This document shows positions 28,133 to 40,096 of a stretch of DNA of 64,000 bases, one piece after another. Within the stretch, counting starts at the first letter, position 1. Each line of letters begins with the position of its first letter. The notes beneath the pieces were generated by a model. It saw only the letters and a program-made list of their open reading frames with translations. It searched no databases and was not told where the DNA came from. The position numbers and the translations under genes were made by a program. The DNA lies in NCBI GenBank assembly GCA_002773535.1, contig PFAZ01000001.1:241579-305578 (forward strand), given 5' to 3'. Origin of the DNA: Candidatus Harrisonbacteria bacterium CG10_big_fil_rev_8_21_14_0_10_40_38 (GTDB lineage: Bacteria > Patescibacteriota > Minisyncoccia > UBA6257 > 1-14-0-10-40-38).

Positions 28133-28669
28133 CTAATCTATAAACCCAAGTTCACGAAACGCAAAAGCATAAGTCCTCACTATCGCAACAGCCTCCTCTT
28201 TTGTAAGAGCAAAGCCTGAATCTCCTTGTATCCGCTCGCGAAACATATGCGCCTGACGCAAGGCATCAACATTAGAAAGCGTTCCTGGTTCTACAAACAT
28301 AAGCCTCTCATGGACATTTGCACCTCGGTATCCACCAAGTAAAAGCAATTCGCCAAGAATTTTATCACAATCAATAACAGCCTTTCCCCAATCCTTTGAG
28401 TCAGACGAGTGAAGTTTTTTTAAAACATCTCTCCATATACGTAGAGATCTTCTATGAAACAGACTCGCAACGCCAAAGGTATCTGTCCATTCATCAATCC
28501 GCGAAGAAAGCCATTTCATCTTCACCAACAAATAAATAATGGCGTAAAGAAAAAACGCGCTGATTATAAATGATACAAATTTTATTGTAGGCAGTGCCGG
28601 CACAAAGTATCCAGCTAAAAACCCACGCAAATCAAGCAAGGCCTGAAGAATTGTATCTAAAAAAGTCAT
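28133..28669 (-). CDS. hypothetical membrane-anchored protein
   Basis: 178 aa with an N-terminal TM segment. No family recognised. Confidence 0.4.
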   Translation of the reverse strand: MTFLDTILQALLDLRGFLAGYFVPALPTIKFVSFIISAFFLYAIIYLLVKMKWLSSRIDEWTDTFGVASLFHRRSLRIWRDVLKKLHSSDSKDWGKAVIDCDKILGELLLLGGYRGANVHERLMFVEPGTLSNVDALRQAHMFRERIQGDSGFALTKEEAVAIVRTYAFAFRELGFID

Positions 28670-28788
28670 ATTTCAATAATACAACCACAGCAACTCACTT
28701 GCCAGACGCCTCAAATCCACAAACCCCCAAAACACTTCTCAAATTGTTCTTGTCCTATCACATTTAACATTCTACCTTCCACATTCTA

Positions 28789-30258
28789 CTAGCTTAGCTT
28801 TTCATAAAACTGACCCAAGCCCAAAATATCCGCTTCACAAAACTGCTTTCCGATAAGTTGAAAACCGACAGGTAATCCCGCGCCGGTTCCTGGTAAACTG
28901 CTATTCACCGGTATAGAAACAGCAGGGAGACCTGCTAGATTCGCAGGGATCGTAAAAATATCAGACAAATACATCGAAAGCGGATCCTGTGCCTTCTCTC
29001 CAATTTTAAATGCAGTGGTTGGCGTTGTTGGAGCAAAAATGACATCAACAGATTTAAATACTTCATCAAAATCCTGCTTGATAAGTCTTCTTACTTTTTG
29101 TGCCTTTGTGTAGTAAGCATCATAATACCCGGACGACAAAACAAAAGTACCGATAAGATTTCTTCTCTTTGGTTCTGGACCAAACCCATAACTTCTATTT
29201 TTCAAATAAATATCCGCAAGTTTTAAGCCTTCAGTTTTTTGTTTCAAGTCTTTCCCATACCTCAGTCCATCAAACCGCGCCAAGTTAGCACTCGCCTCCG
29301 CCGGTAAAATAATATAATAAACAGAAAGCGCATATTTTGTATGAGGCAATGAAATTTTTGTAAAAGAAACCCCAAGACTCTCAAGTTTTCGTTTTGCCAC
29401 CTCAAGACCTTCTGCAACCTCCGAAGAAAGATCTCCCGTAAAATACTCCTCAGGTATACCAACTCTAAGTTTTTTTATATCCTCAAGTTTTGGTTCCAAG
29501 AGTTCCGAGCCATAGACAGGCGGACAAGATGTGCTATCCAATGAATCTTTCTTCGCAATTTCAGAAAACACAATTGCAGAATCCCTAACAGTTCTTGTAA
29601 AAGGACCAATTTGATCCAAGCTTGATGCGAGAGCAATTAGCCCAAATCTTGAAACAGCTCCGTAAGTGGTTTTCAAACCCACAACACCGCAAAGAGCCGC
29701 TGGTTGACGAATCGATCCACCGGTATCAGATCCAAGTGAAGCAAGAGCAAAATGCGCAGCAACCGCCGCCGCAGACCCCCCAGAAGAACCTCCTGTTACC
29801 CTTGTCGTATCGTGCGGGTTTCTGGAAACCTGAAATGCAGAGTTTTCGGTCGATGAACCCATCGCAAATTCATCCAAGTTTGTTTTACCCAAAAAAACCG
29901 CTTTAGATTTTTTCAAAAAAGAAATAACCGTCGAGTCATACGCTGCCTTATAATTTTCCAAAATCCTTGACCCGGCAGTCGCCTGTTCTCCTTTTATAAG
30001 AATATTGTCTTTTATAGCCATTGGGACACCCGCAAGCAAACTGATCTCCTCACCTCTTTCAACAGCCAAGTCGGCTTCTTCAGCCTGTTTAAATGCCAGA
30101 TCCTTAGTGAGATTAAGAAAAGCTCTTATCTCATGATCCTTATCCTCAATGCGTGCAAAATAATCATGAACAACATCAAGAGCCCGAAATTCTTTATTAA
30201 CGAGCCCCTCATGAAATTTATCAATAGTAAGGTTGTGTAAATACATAAATCTACTCAA
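28789..30258 (-). CDS. gatA: Glu-tRNA(Gln)/Asp-tRNA(Asn) amidotransferase subunit A
   Basis: Amidase signature GGSSGGSAAAVAA. Confidence 0.9.
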   Translation of the reverse strand: MSRFMYLHNLTIDKFHEGLVNKEFRALDVVHDYFARIEDKDHEIRAFLNLTKDLAFKQAEEADLAVERGEEISLLAGVPMAIKDNILIKGEQATAGSRILENYKAAYDSTVISFLKKSKAVFLGKTNLDEFAMGSSTENSAFQVSRNPHDTTRVTGGSSGGSAAAVAAHFALASLGSDTGGSIRQPAALCGVVGLKTTYGAVSRFGLIALASSLDQIGPFTRTVRDSAIVFSEIAKKDSLDSTSCPPVYGSELLEPKLEDIKKLRVGIPEEYFTGDLSSEVAEGLEVAKRKLESLGVSFTKISLPHTKYALSVYYIILPAEASANLARFDGLRYGKDLKQKTEGLKLADIYLKNRSYGFGPEPKRRNLIGTFVLSSGYYDAYYTKAQKVRRLIKQDFDEVFKSVDVIFAPTTPTTAFKIGEKAQDPLSMYLSDIFTIPANLAGLPAVSIPVNSSLPGTGAGLPVGFQLIGKQFCEADILGLGQFYEKLS

Positions 30259-30541
30259 ATACTGGCGGTATTTTCAGATATCCCCCCTCGCGCTCTCTAA
30301 ACATCTCTACAAGCCCATCTGCACCCAAAGCATCTGTTTCAGGCTCATCTTCTCGAAATACATTTCTTTGTGATGTCCCTCCGCCCATTGGTAAAACCGA
30401 GTCAGTATTAACTTCATTAAGCTCAGCAAAGTGATCCAAAATTTTTTTAAGATCAGAAAGAAGTGACTGCTTTTCATCTGCAGTAAGATCAATTCTTATA
30501 AGCCCCGCCAAATGTTCTAAGTGTTTTTCATCAAGTGTCAT
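30251..30541 (-). CDS. gatC: amidotransferase subunit C
   Basis: MTLDEKHLEHLAGLIRIDLTADE. Overlaps the gatA start by 8 nt. Start at the internal Met. Confidence 0.75.
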   Translation of the reverse strand: MTLDEKHLEHLAGLIRIDLTADEKQSLLSDLKKILDHFAELNEVNTDSVLPMGGGTSQRNVFREDEPETDALGADGLVEMFREREGGYLKIPPVFE

Positions 30542-30646
30542 CGAAAAAAAGTATAGCATTACTTACTAAATTGAGGAAATTTGACTAAAAATTAGATAAA
30601 AATTAACATGCAAAAAGCACCACAAACCTGACCCTAGGAGGCAAAA

Positions 30647-30847
30647 ATGCTTTTCTGGATAACTATTGGTTATTGTATTGTCACAATCGCTGCAGGACTA
30701 TTTTTTCAACTGAAAGAAAGTAAACATGAAAAAATGTCGATTACGTCCAGACTAATCGCAGCCTTACTTTACCCAATTTTGATTCCAATGATCATTGCAA
30801 TGATAACTTACGCCTCAATAAAGGACCGAAAAATAAAAAAGAAGTAA
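30647..30847 (+). CDS. small membrane protein (two TM helices)
   Basis: 66 aa. Strong SD GGAGG 6 nt upstream of the ATG. Confidence 0.5.
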   Translation: MLFWITIGYCIVTIAAGLFFQLKESKHEKMSITSRLIAALLYPILIPMIIAMITYASIKDRKIKKK

Positions 30848-30895
30848 ATATCAAAACCAACAATCCCGCCTACAGATATCCTGTCGGCGGTTTCT

Positions 30896-32953
<2,058 letters not shown>

Positions 32954-32991
32954 TCATTCTACCGCAAATAGAGCCAAAAATGCTATAAAAC

Positions 32992-33516
32992 CTAGCGAAA
33001 TGTAGCCTCAAAAGCTCTAGCTACTCTGTCAGAACGGCCAACTGATTTTATACACGTAACATTACTCGGATCAGTATTATCTGGACGATGATCATTCTGT
33101 TTACATCTTCCAAGATTATTGCTTATCACATTTTGATACGCCGCTCCGTCATAAAACGGCGGCACGCCAGAAGAGTCACCTGCTTTTGCATTCACACAAA
33201 CCGGATGATTGGGGTCAGGATTCCCAGAACCATCTTGACATCTAAAAACCCAAAAATATCCTCTTTCTAATCCGGCATCCGCCGCAAAAATAGCCTGAGC
33301 AGAATTAATTATTTTTGTCGCCTGCGCAAGTTGAGTGACCATAAGATATCCGGCGATAACCGTAACAGATAGAAATGCTGCTGAAATAAAAACCACTGTA
33401 ATAAGCATCGCCTGACCGTCTTTTTGACTAAAAACTTTAAACCCTAAACTGCGAACACAAGATATATCTTTTTTTAGTACTTTTTTTAGCTCTAAACTTC
33501 TATTAAGTATTTTCAT
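32992..33516 (-). CDS. PilX-N-like pilus-associated protein
   Basis: DGQAMLITVVFISAAFL resembles the PilX N-terminal segment. Cys-rich periplasmic part. Confidence 0.45.
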   Translation of the reverse strand: MKILNRSLELKKVLKKDISCVRSLGFKVFSQKDGQAMLITVVFISAAFLSVTVIAGYLMVTQLAQATKIINSAQAIFAADAGLERGYFWVFRCQDGSGNPDPNHPVCVNAKAGDSSGVPPFYDGAAYQNVISNNLGRCKQNDHRPDNTDPSNVTCIKSVGRSDRVARAFEATFR

Positions 33517-33537
33517 ATTTTAGGTCCTAAGTCGAAT

Positions 33538-34134
33538 TTAAAATTCTCTAGCACTAATTGTTGTCTGAATATCAGTAAACACCCCATTTAAGGCATCTCT
33601 TTCCATTTTGGTACCAACCTGCATAATCATTGTAATTCTAGGAGGCCACGGACCATTACCCAAAATCTTGTCCTCTAGCAAAAATCCAAATCTCGTAATA
33701 CGAACATTAAACTCGCTGGTTATCGGCAAAAATCTACCCTCAGTGTCACTTCTTCTCTCAATAACTTCGTTATTTACCCTATAAACTATTTGCTCCCCGT
33801 GAGCATTTTCGAACATAAGACGAGCCCCACTAGCAGGATTTGCGGGATCACATACCCAACTATTTCCTTGTTGGATCGGAATACAAAAATTTATTCCCGT
33901 TCTTAACTCTCTCGCTATTTGTTCCAAAACAAGACTAGCATTATCATTTGCGGTCATAAGAGCCATGATCCTTCTCTGCGCTCTTAATGAACCTATAAAA
34001 ATATTACTTATAAGACCAATGAGTATCGCAAAAACAGTCATCGACACAAGAAGTTCAACTATTGTAAAACCCCTCCTCTTTCGAGCAAAGATTTTTCCAT
34101 CAAATAACTTATTTTTTAAAAACTTAAATTTCAT
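33538..34134 (-). CDS. minor pilin / pseudopilin (prepilin N-terminal methylation motif)
   Basis: RRGFTIVELLVSMTVFAIL. Confidence 0.7.
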   Translation of the reverse strand: MKFKFLKNKLFDGKIFARKRRGFTIVELLVSMTVFAILIGLISNIFIGSLRAQRRIMALMTANDNASLVLEQIARELRTGINFCIPIQQGNSWVCDPANPASGARLMFENAHGEQIVYRVNNEVIERRSDTEGRFLPITSEFNVRITRFGFLLEDKILGNGPWPPRITMIMQVGTKMERDALNGVFTDIQTTISAREF

Positions 34135-34137
34135 AAA

Positions 34138-34764
34138 TTATGGAGTTCTCCATGGCAAAAAATGATCCTGTAACTGCACAAAATACTTCCCACCTCTACT
34201 TTCCCAGCCAACAGCTGATGTCACACTATAGTCCAAGTCATTCCCCGTCCCATTGTATGGATCATAAACAATTACTATTCTTTTAAACCTAGTATCAACA
34301 CCTCCAACGTCGTTTGAATAAAGACCGAAATTATTTATTTTAAGATATCTCACCGCATTACAACTGGTTAATATATCCTCTACCACAGCCTGCGTCGGAG
34401 GCCCACCGCTATATTGCGGACAAGAAATGGCATTAAGCGAGGTGTCGTTATAATCAACAAGATAAAGTCCCGCAGGAATTCCACCAGCAACTCCACTTCC
34501 CCATCCATAAAAATTACCCGAACCATTCTGATGAACTAAAAGATAGCTCCTATCATAGAAATTTTTAACAACCTCAATTCCCTCAGCGGCAAGATAAGCA
34601 CCAACATGAGAATCAGCATTTACCCTGTTTAAACCCAATGACTTACTAACCAGAGTCAAAATCCCTAAAACAGCAACAATTACGGCTGATACTGAAATCA
34701 TAAGCTCAATAATCGAAATCCCATCCTTATTTCTTATTTTTTCTCGCAAACAAAAACTAAACAT
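34138..34764 (-). CDS. minor pilin (prepilin-like N-terminus)
   Basis: KDGISIIELMISVSAVIVAVLG. Start set at the internal Met. Confidence 0.55.
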   Translation of the reverse strand: MFSFCLREKIRNKDGISIIELMISVSAVIVAVLGILTLVSKSLGLNRVNADSHVGAYLAAEGIEVVKNFYDRSYLLVHQNGSGNFYGWGSGVAGGIPAGLYLVDYNDTSLNAISCPQYSGGPPTQAVVEDILTSCNAVRYLKINNFGLYSNDVGGVDTRFKRIVIVYDPYNGTGNDLDYSVTSAVGWESRGGKYFVQLQDHFLPWRTP

Positions 34765-34765
34765 A

Positions 34766-35476
34766 TTATTGCAAGGTTTGGCATGAAATATTTTTTTGCG
34801 TAACCTGACCAAATTTATTTATCTTTATCCTCGAACACCTGCTTTCATCCAAAAGACTAAGAATTATGTACGCCTCTGTATGGTTAAGGGTATCGCTTTG
34901 AGAAGTAAGAGCAACTGTTGGGTCAGGCGGCTGAAAAACTACGCTCATCTCACCCAAACCACCCGGACACGCAAGATTATCTAAACTCAAACACTTTATC
35001 CTAACAGAAGGAGGTAAGATAAAATCTTGCAACCTCTGGTCAGGTCCTCCAAACTCACCATCGTACCTACCAATTCTCGGGTCATTCAGGTCACACCCAA
35101 CAAAACCGCTAGCCGACAAATCTCTAAACAAAGCAAACCCCTGAGGATCATTTCTGCCAAGCAGAGATCTATGTACATACACACCCCAGCCGCATACAAG
35201 TTCCTGCGGTGTATTCGGTGGAAACTGTGTCGGCTGAAAGGTTTCGAGCGAAGAAGCTTTTGCTCTAAGTAGCGTACTTAAAAAAAGTGAAGTCTGATTA
35301 TAAAAAACAATCTGGTCATCAGATTTTCTGGAATACACAAGCAGTATGGATGTAAAAATAACCGTTATCGAAATAACAACAATAAGCTCAACGAGAGTAA
35401 ATCCTTTTTTTGAACTAAATTTTTTCTCTAAAAATTTAAATCTCACAAATAATTTAATTTTATGGAAATAAAGCAA
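34766..35476 (-). CDS. minor pilin (prepilin N-terminal motif)
   Basis: KKGFTLVELIVVISITVIF. Confidence 0.65.
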   Translation of the reverse strand: MLYFHKIKLFVRFKFLEKKFSSKKGFTLVELIVVISITVIFTSILLVYSRKSDDQIVFYNQTSLFLSTLLRAKASSLETFQPTQFPPNTPQELVCGWGVYVHRSLLGRNDPQGFALFRDLSASGFVGCDLNDPRIGRYDGEFGGPDQRLQDFILPPSVRIKCLSLDNLACPGGLGEMSVVFQPPDPTVALTSQSDTLNHTEAYIILSLLDESRCSRIKINKFGQVTQKNISCQTLQ

Positions 35477-36350
35477 AGTATCCGTTAATTATATCAACCC
35501 CAAAAAACACGATCATAAGCGTCCCGGTAACAATAAAAGGACCAAAAGGCACCTTTGAAGAAAATTTTTTCTCCTTTTGCACCATCATAAGTATACTCCA
35601 AATAGAACCTGTAATGAATGCAAGAGCAAGCGCCAAAATAAGATCAGGCCAACCTAAAAGAAAACCAAGCGCTCCGGCGAGCTTAACATCACCCATCCCC
35701 ATCCCTCTTCCTTTGGTAAAAACCACTATTAGACCAAAAAATAAAATCCCAACAAAAACCGCAAATATTCTATTCCCCGCAACAGATGAATGAAACCCAA
35801 AAAGCGAAGCATAATGACTAACAAACGAACCCATAAAAGGACCAAAAGACCCAAGAAAATAAATACACACAGAGGTAGCAATACCGATAAGCATGATTAA
35901 AAGATTGCTCTGATCAGGAATAATAAAAGTTCTTGCATCAACGGCTGCAATAAAAATCAAAGTAAGGATCGCCAACCCAAACAACAAGTACAAAGCCCAT
36001 GTTAAAAACAACACCCAAAAACCGGAAATAGCTAAAAATTGAAAATTAAAAGCATCTGAAACAACATTTAGTAGAAACATCATAGAAAGACCAGAAGATA
36101 ACTCAACAATCGGGTACTGCAAAGAAAGTTTTGTCTTGCAGATTCTGCACTTACCTCTAAGAAGTAAAAAACTTAAAACTGGAACCATTTCAAAAAATCT
36201 AATCACCCTTCCACACGAAGAACAATGAGACCTCCCTAAAATCCGCCTTGAAAAAATAGGCTTTTCCGGATCATATCGAAGTGCTAAAACATTTATAAAA
36301 CTCCCAAAAGAGACCCCTAAAAGCAAAAGAAAAAATTGCAAAAGTGTCAT
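35460..36350 (-). CDS. pilD: prepilin peptidase (A24 family)
   Basis: N-terminal Cys-x-x-Cys pairs, polytopic membrane protein, conserved Asp-containing motifs (GMGDVKLAG). Confidence 0.8.
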   Translation of the reverse strand: MTLLQFFLLLLGVSFGSFINVLALRYDPEKPIFSRRILGRSHCSSCGRVIRFFEMVPVLSFLLLRGKCRICKTKLSLQYPIVELSSGLSMMFLLNVVSDAFNFQFLAISGFWVLFLTWALYLLFGLAILTLIFIAAVDARTFIIPDQSNLLIMLIGIATSVCIYFLGSFGPFMGSFVSHYASLFGFHSSVAGNRIFAVFVGILFFGLIVVFTKGRGMGMGDVKLAGALGFLLGWPDLILALALAFITGSIWSILMMVQKEKKFSSKVPFGPFIVTGTLMIVFFGVDIINGYFALFP

Positions 36351-36356
36351 ATTAAG

Positions 36357-37007
36357 CTATCTCTGAAATACACATTCTGTATTTCCAATACAATATGACT
36401 TACTAGTATCATCACACTGCCAACCAGCCGGAAAAATAGTTTTATCATTTTGACCAGGATTTCCACCAGGAAAACCAGGTTTATTTCTTTTACTCTCCGG
36501 ATTGCTTCCATCACCAATAATATCAACATTATCAAGTTCACCAGCGCCGCTAAGCAACCTACTATCCGACTCAAAAGTCGCCTTCAATATATAGCACTGT
36601 GCCCTCGGCTGAAGACCATCTTTTAATTGAACATAATACCCATAAGTACGCGACTGAAGCGGATCTCTCGGAATAGAATCCACTCCTATTTTCGCTACGC
36701 TAAAAGTATTTTCCAATTCAACCCAGTTATCAGGATTAGTAGCTGAAGGATTTCCATCATTTATACCACCAACACAATGAGAAGGCGTTGCTGAAGGATC
36801 ATATCCACCAGGATAAAAACCGCACTTATTTTTAAAAAGCTCTAGCGCCTGTTGCACGATCTGAAGATCAACAACGCGCCTATTATCCCTCACCTGAGAA
36901 CGAGCACCTGTAAGTCCAATGATCAAAAAAGATGCAAGGATACCAATAATACCGAGTACTACTAACATCTCAACCAACGTAAAACCAGTTTCCTTACTAT
37001 TTTTCAT
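36357..37007 (-). CDS. pilA: type IV pilin
   Basis: MKNSKETGFTLVEMLVVLGIIGILA. Confidence 0.8.
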   Translation of the reverse strand: MKNSKETGFTLVEMLVVLGIIGILASFLIIGLTGARSQVRDNRRVVDLQIVQQALELFKNKCGFYPGGYDPSATPSHCVGGINDGNPSATNPDNWVELENTFSVAKIGVDSIPRDPLQSRTYGYYVQLKDGLQPRAQCYILKATFESDSRLLSGAGELDNVDIIGDGSNPESKRNKPGFPGGNPGQNDKTIFPAGWQCDDTSKSYCIGNTECVFQR

Positions 37008-37078
37008 AAATTACAAACTAATTATAAACGAAAAGAACCAGTTTTTACACCGGTCCCTTTCAAATACAAACCTAAACC

Positions 37079-37594
37079 CTACAAAGAAACGCAATAGTAC
37101 CAGTTTGGATTTGTCTCAGGAGTTGCACCACACAATACTCCATTACTAGTTCCATCAATATCATCCTTTAGAGCCTGATTATCACTCTCAAGCCAAGCAC
37201 CAATAGTATATTTCTGCCTACCGATTCCTGGGGATGTATCAACGCCGTACTGATAATTTCTATCAGTGCTATTTGGATCTTTTGGAAGATTTGAAACTCC
37301 AACAGAAGCACCTGTTATAGCAGAAGTAAGAACAGTCCAGTCGTTTGGATCAGTATATGCACCAGGAGTTGGATTTCCGGCGTCAATACACGCCGCACCT
37401 CCCGGATAATGACCACACTTATTAAAGTACAACTCCAAAGCACTTTGCACCTGTCTTACGTCACCAATCCTTCTTGCGTCTCTTCCTGCTTGCCTTGCTC
37501 CACCAAGTGATACAAGAAGCGCAGCAGCGAGAATACCAATAATCGCAATAACGATTAGAAGCTCAATAAGTGTAAAACCTTTTCTTTTTGTCAT
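37079..37594 (-). CDS. pilA: type IV pilin (second paralog)
   Basis: MTKRKGFTLIELLIVIAIIGILAA. Confidence 0.8.
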   Translation of the reverse strand: MTKRKGFTLIELLIVIAIIGILAAALLVSLGGARQAGRDARRIGDVRQVQSALELYFNKCGHYPGGAACIDAGNPTPGAYTDPNDWTVLTSAITGASVGVSNLPKDPNSTDRNYQYGVDTSPGIGRQKYTIGAWLESDNQALKDDIDGTSNGVLCGATPETNPNWYYCVSL

Positions 37595-37785
37595 TCTGAA
37601 AATTTTAAATTAACTGACAACTGACGACTCGCGGCCATGGCGTACGCGATTCCAATTAAGTTCAATAGTCGTCAACTGTAAGATTAATCAAAAAAAAATT
37701 ACTCGACCTTTCTTTCATTGGTTACAACAAAATTATACCAAAACTCTAACCAATATAAAATCAAAGATACTCACAGTTATAAAAT

Positions 37786-38997
37786 CTATCGAATAACCTG
37801 AACAAGATTATAAATCGGAAGAAGTATCGCCGCAAAAAGAAACGCAACCATAATTCCAAGAAATACCATGATAACCGGCTGAATAAGCTCCGTGATATTT
37901 GAAACAACATTTTCAACCTCACGGCTATAAAAAGTACCAATACGAACAAACATCTCATCAACTTTTCCAGTCTGCTCACCCACAGTTATCATTTGGTTCA
38001 CTATCGGAGGGAAATAGGCTCCATATCGCGCAAAAGACTGTGACATGAGTTCTCCTCGCCTCACTCCTTCCGCAACATCATGAAGCATCTCACGGTAAAG
38101 TGCGCTACCTACAGTGTGTCCACCTATTTCAATTGCTTGCGCTATAGGTATGCCGCCTTTAATAAGAACACTTGCGATCTCGGCAAATCTTGCAACATAA
38201 AGTTTTTTAAAAAACTTTCCTAAAATCGGCGCGGTAAGAAGTATCTGGTCACGAATAGCCTGCCCCTCGTTGCTTCTTAGATAATCAATAAGAATTAACG
38301 TAAAAACAATAAAGAAAACAATTATCGCAATCCACCAGTTGTTTATAAAATTACCCAAAACTAGAAAAATCCTAGTAATAATTGGAAGATCAACTTCCGA
38401 CTCTTCAAACAAAGGCGCAATCTGTGGAAACACAACGCCGATTAGAATTCCGCCAACTATGACAGCTAAAACAACAATAAAAGCAGGGTAAATAAGGGCA
38501 TTTTTCACTTTACCCAAAATAACTAGTTGCCTTTCAAGGTAATCAGCAAGATAAACCATTGCCCTCTCGACACCACCGGTAACCTCTGCAGACTGAATAA
38601 GATTTATATAAAACTCAAAAAATATATCATCGTGCCTTGCCATCGCTTGCGAAAGTGTAAGCCCCGAATCAACATCATTTGAAATATCAACCAACGCCGC
38701 CCTAAGAGCGCTGTTTTCTGTCTGATAATAAAGCGCTTTCAAGGCATCATGGATAGATATTTTTGCCTCGAGCATTGTTGCAAACTGTCGGGTAAAAATA
38801 GCAAGATCCTTTTCCTTTACCCTATGAAGAAACCCAAACAAGCCCGTATACCAGGGTGCCTTTTTCGCTTTTTCGAGGCTTAGAATAAAAAGCCCATGAC
38901 TTGTAAGAACATTGAGGGCAGACTCTTTGTTTACTGCATCAACAAACCCTACCTGAAGCTCGCCCTGTTTTGTTCGCGCGCTATATCTGAACTTCAT
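37786..38997 (-). CDS. pilC: type IV pilus platform protein (GspF family)
   Basis: Two GspF repeats, 403 aa, polytopic. Confidence 0.8.
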   Translation of the reverse strand: MKFRYSARTKQGELQVGFVDAVNKESALNVLTSHGLFILSLEKAKKAPWYTGLFGFLHRVKEKDLAIFTRQFATMLEAKISIHDALKALYYQTENSALRAALVDISNDVDSGLTLSQAMARHDDIFFEFYINLIQSAEVTGGVERAMVYLADYLERQLVILGKVKNALIYPAFIVVLAVIVGGILIGVVFPQIAPLFEESEVDLPIITRIFLVLGNFINNWWIAIIVFFIVFTLILIDYLRSNEGQAIRDQILLTAPILGKFFKKLYVARFAEIASVLIKGGIPIAQAIEIGGHTVGSALYREMLHDVAEGVRRGELMSQSFARYGAYFPPIVNQMITVGEQTGKVDEMFVRIGTFYSREVENVVSNITELIQPVIMVFLGIMVAFLFAAILLPIYNLVQVIR

Positions 38998-39005
38998 AAT
39001 GAAAT

Positions 39006-40079
39006 TTAAACTCTATCTAAAAGAATACGCAATTCCGAAGGATTTAATGAATAAAGCTCCGCATTCTCAAGTGAAATCTGTTTTTGTTTCACAAGAGTAG
39101 ACAATGACCTATTAAGCGTAATCATGCCCTCCTGAAGCGAAGTCTCAATAACCAAATCTATTTGATATGCCTTTCTCTCACGAATAAGATTCCTGATTGC
39201 AGAATTAACCACCATGATTTCATATGCGGGAATCCTACCACCACCAACATGTGGAATAAGACGCAGTGAAACAATTCCCACAAGGGTTGCGGCAAGCTGA
39301 CTAGTCACCTGACCCTGCTGACCTGGTGGAAAGCTATCGATTATACGATCAATTGTTTGTGCAGCAGAGTTTGTGTGAAGTGTTGAAAAAACCAAGTGAC
39401 CTGTTTCAGCCGCAGTCATCGCAGTAGCGATAGACTCCGGATCTCGCATCTCGCCGATCATAACAACGTCCGGATCCTGTCTCAAAAGAGACCTCAAAGC
39501 ATTATGAAATGTCGGAGTATCCATCCTAACCTCACGCTGGGAAATAATTGACCTATCCTGAACAAACAAATATTCAATCGGATCTTCAACCGTAATTATG
39601 TGTTCTGTTCTCTTGTGATTTACTTCATCAACAATGGCAGCAAGAGCCGTAGATTTCCCATGGCCAGCAGGACCCACAAAAAGCACGAACCCTTGGGAAA
39701 TTTTTGTGAAATCATGAAGTATTGATGGCAGATTTAACTGTTCAATAGTTTTGATTTTTGTTGGAATCGTCCTAAGAGCAGCTGCATAAAATCCTTTTTG
39801 AAAAAAAACATTGACCCTAAAACGCGCCTTATCCTCAAGAGCATACGAAAGGTCAAGTTCTTTTTTTTCTAAAAACCTCTGCTTCTGCTCATCAGTCAAT
39901 ATAGACATTACAAGACCCTGAGCTATTTCAGGTGTTACAACCGGTTCCTGTTCAATTCCAACAAGGGCGCCGTCAATTCTGAGATTTGGTTTCTTCCCAA
40001 CAGCTATATGCAAATCCGAAGCATTCTGCCTAACAGCAGCGCTCATAAGTTCGTGAAATTTTTTCAAAAAATCATCCAT
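39006..40079 (-). CDS. pilT: twitching-motility retraction ATPase
   Basis: Walker A GPAGHGKST. Asp box and His box. 357 aa. Confidence 0.8.
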   Translation of the reverse strand: MDDFLKKFHELMSAAVRQNASDLHIAVGKKPNLRIDGALVGIEQEPVVTPEIAQGLVMSILTDEQKQRFLEKKELDLSYALEDKARFRVNVFFQKGFYAAALRTIPTKIKTIEQLNLPSILHDFTKISQGFVLFVGPAGHGKSTALAAIVDEVNHKRTEHIITVEDPIEYLFVQDRSIISQREVRMDTPTFHNALRSLLRQDPDVVMIGEMRDPESIATAMTAAETGHLVFSTLHTNSAAQTIDRIIDSFPPGQQGQVTSQLAATLVGIVSLRLIPHVGGGRIPAYEIMVVNSAIRNLIRERKAYQIDLVIETSLQEGMITLNRSLSTLVKQKQISLENAELYSLNPSELRILLDRV

Positions 40080-40096
40080 AAGATAAACAAATTATA

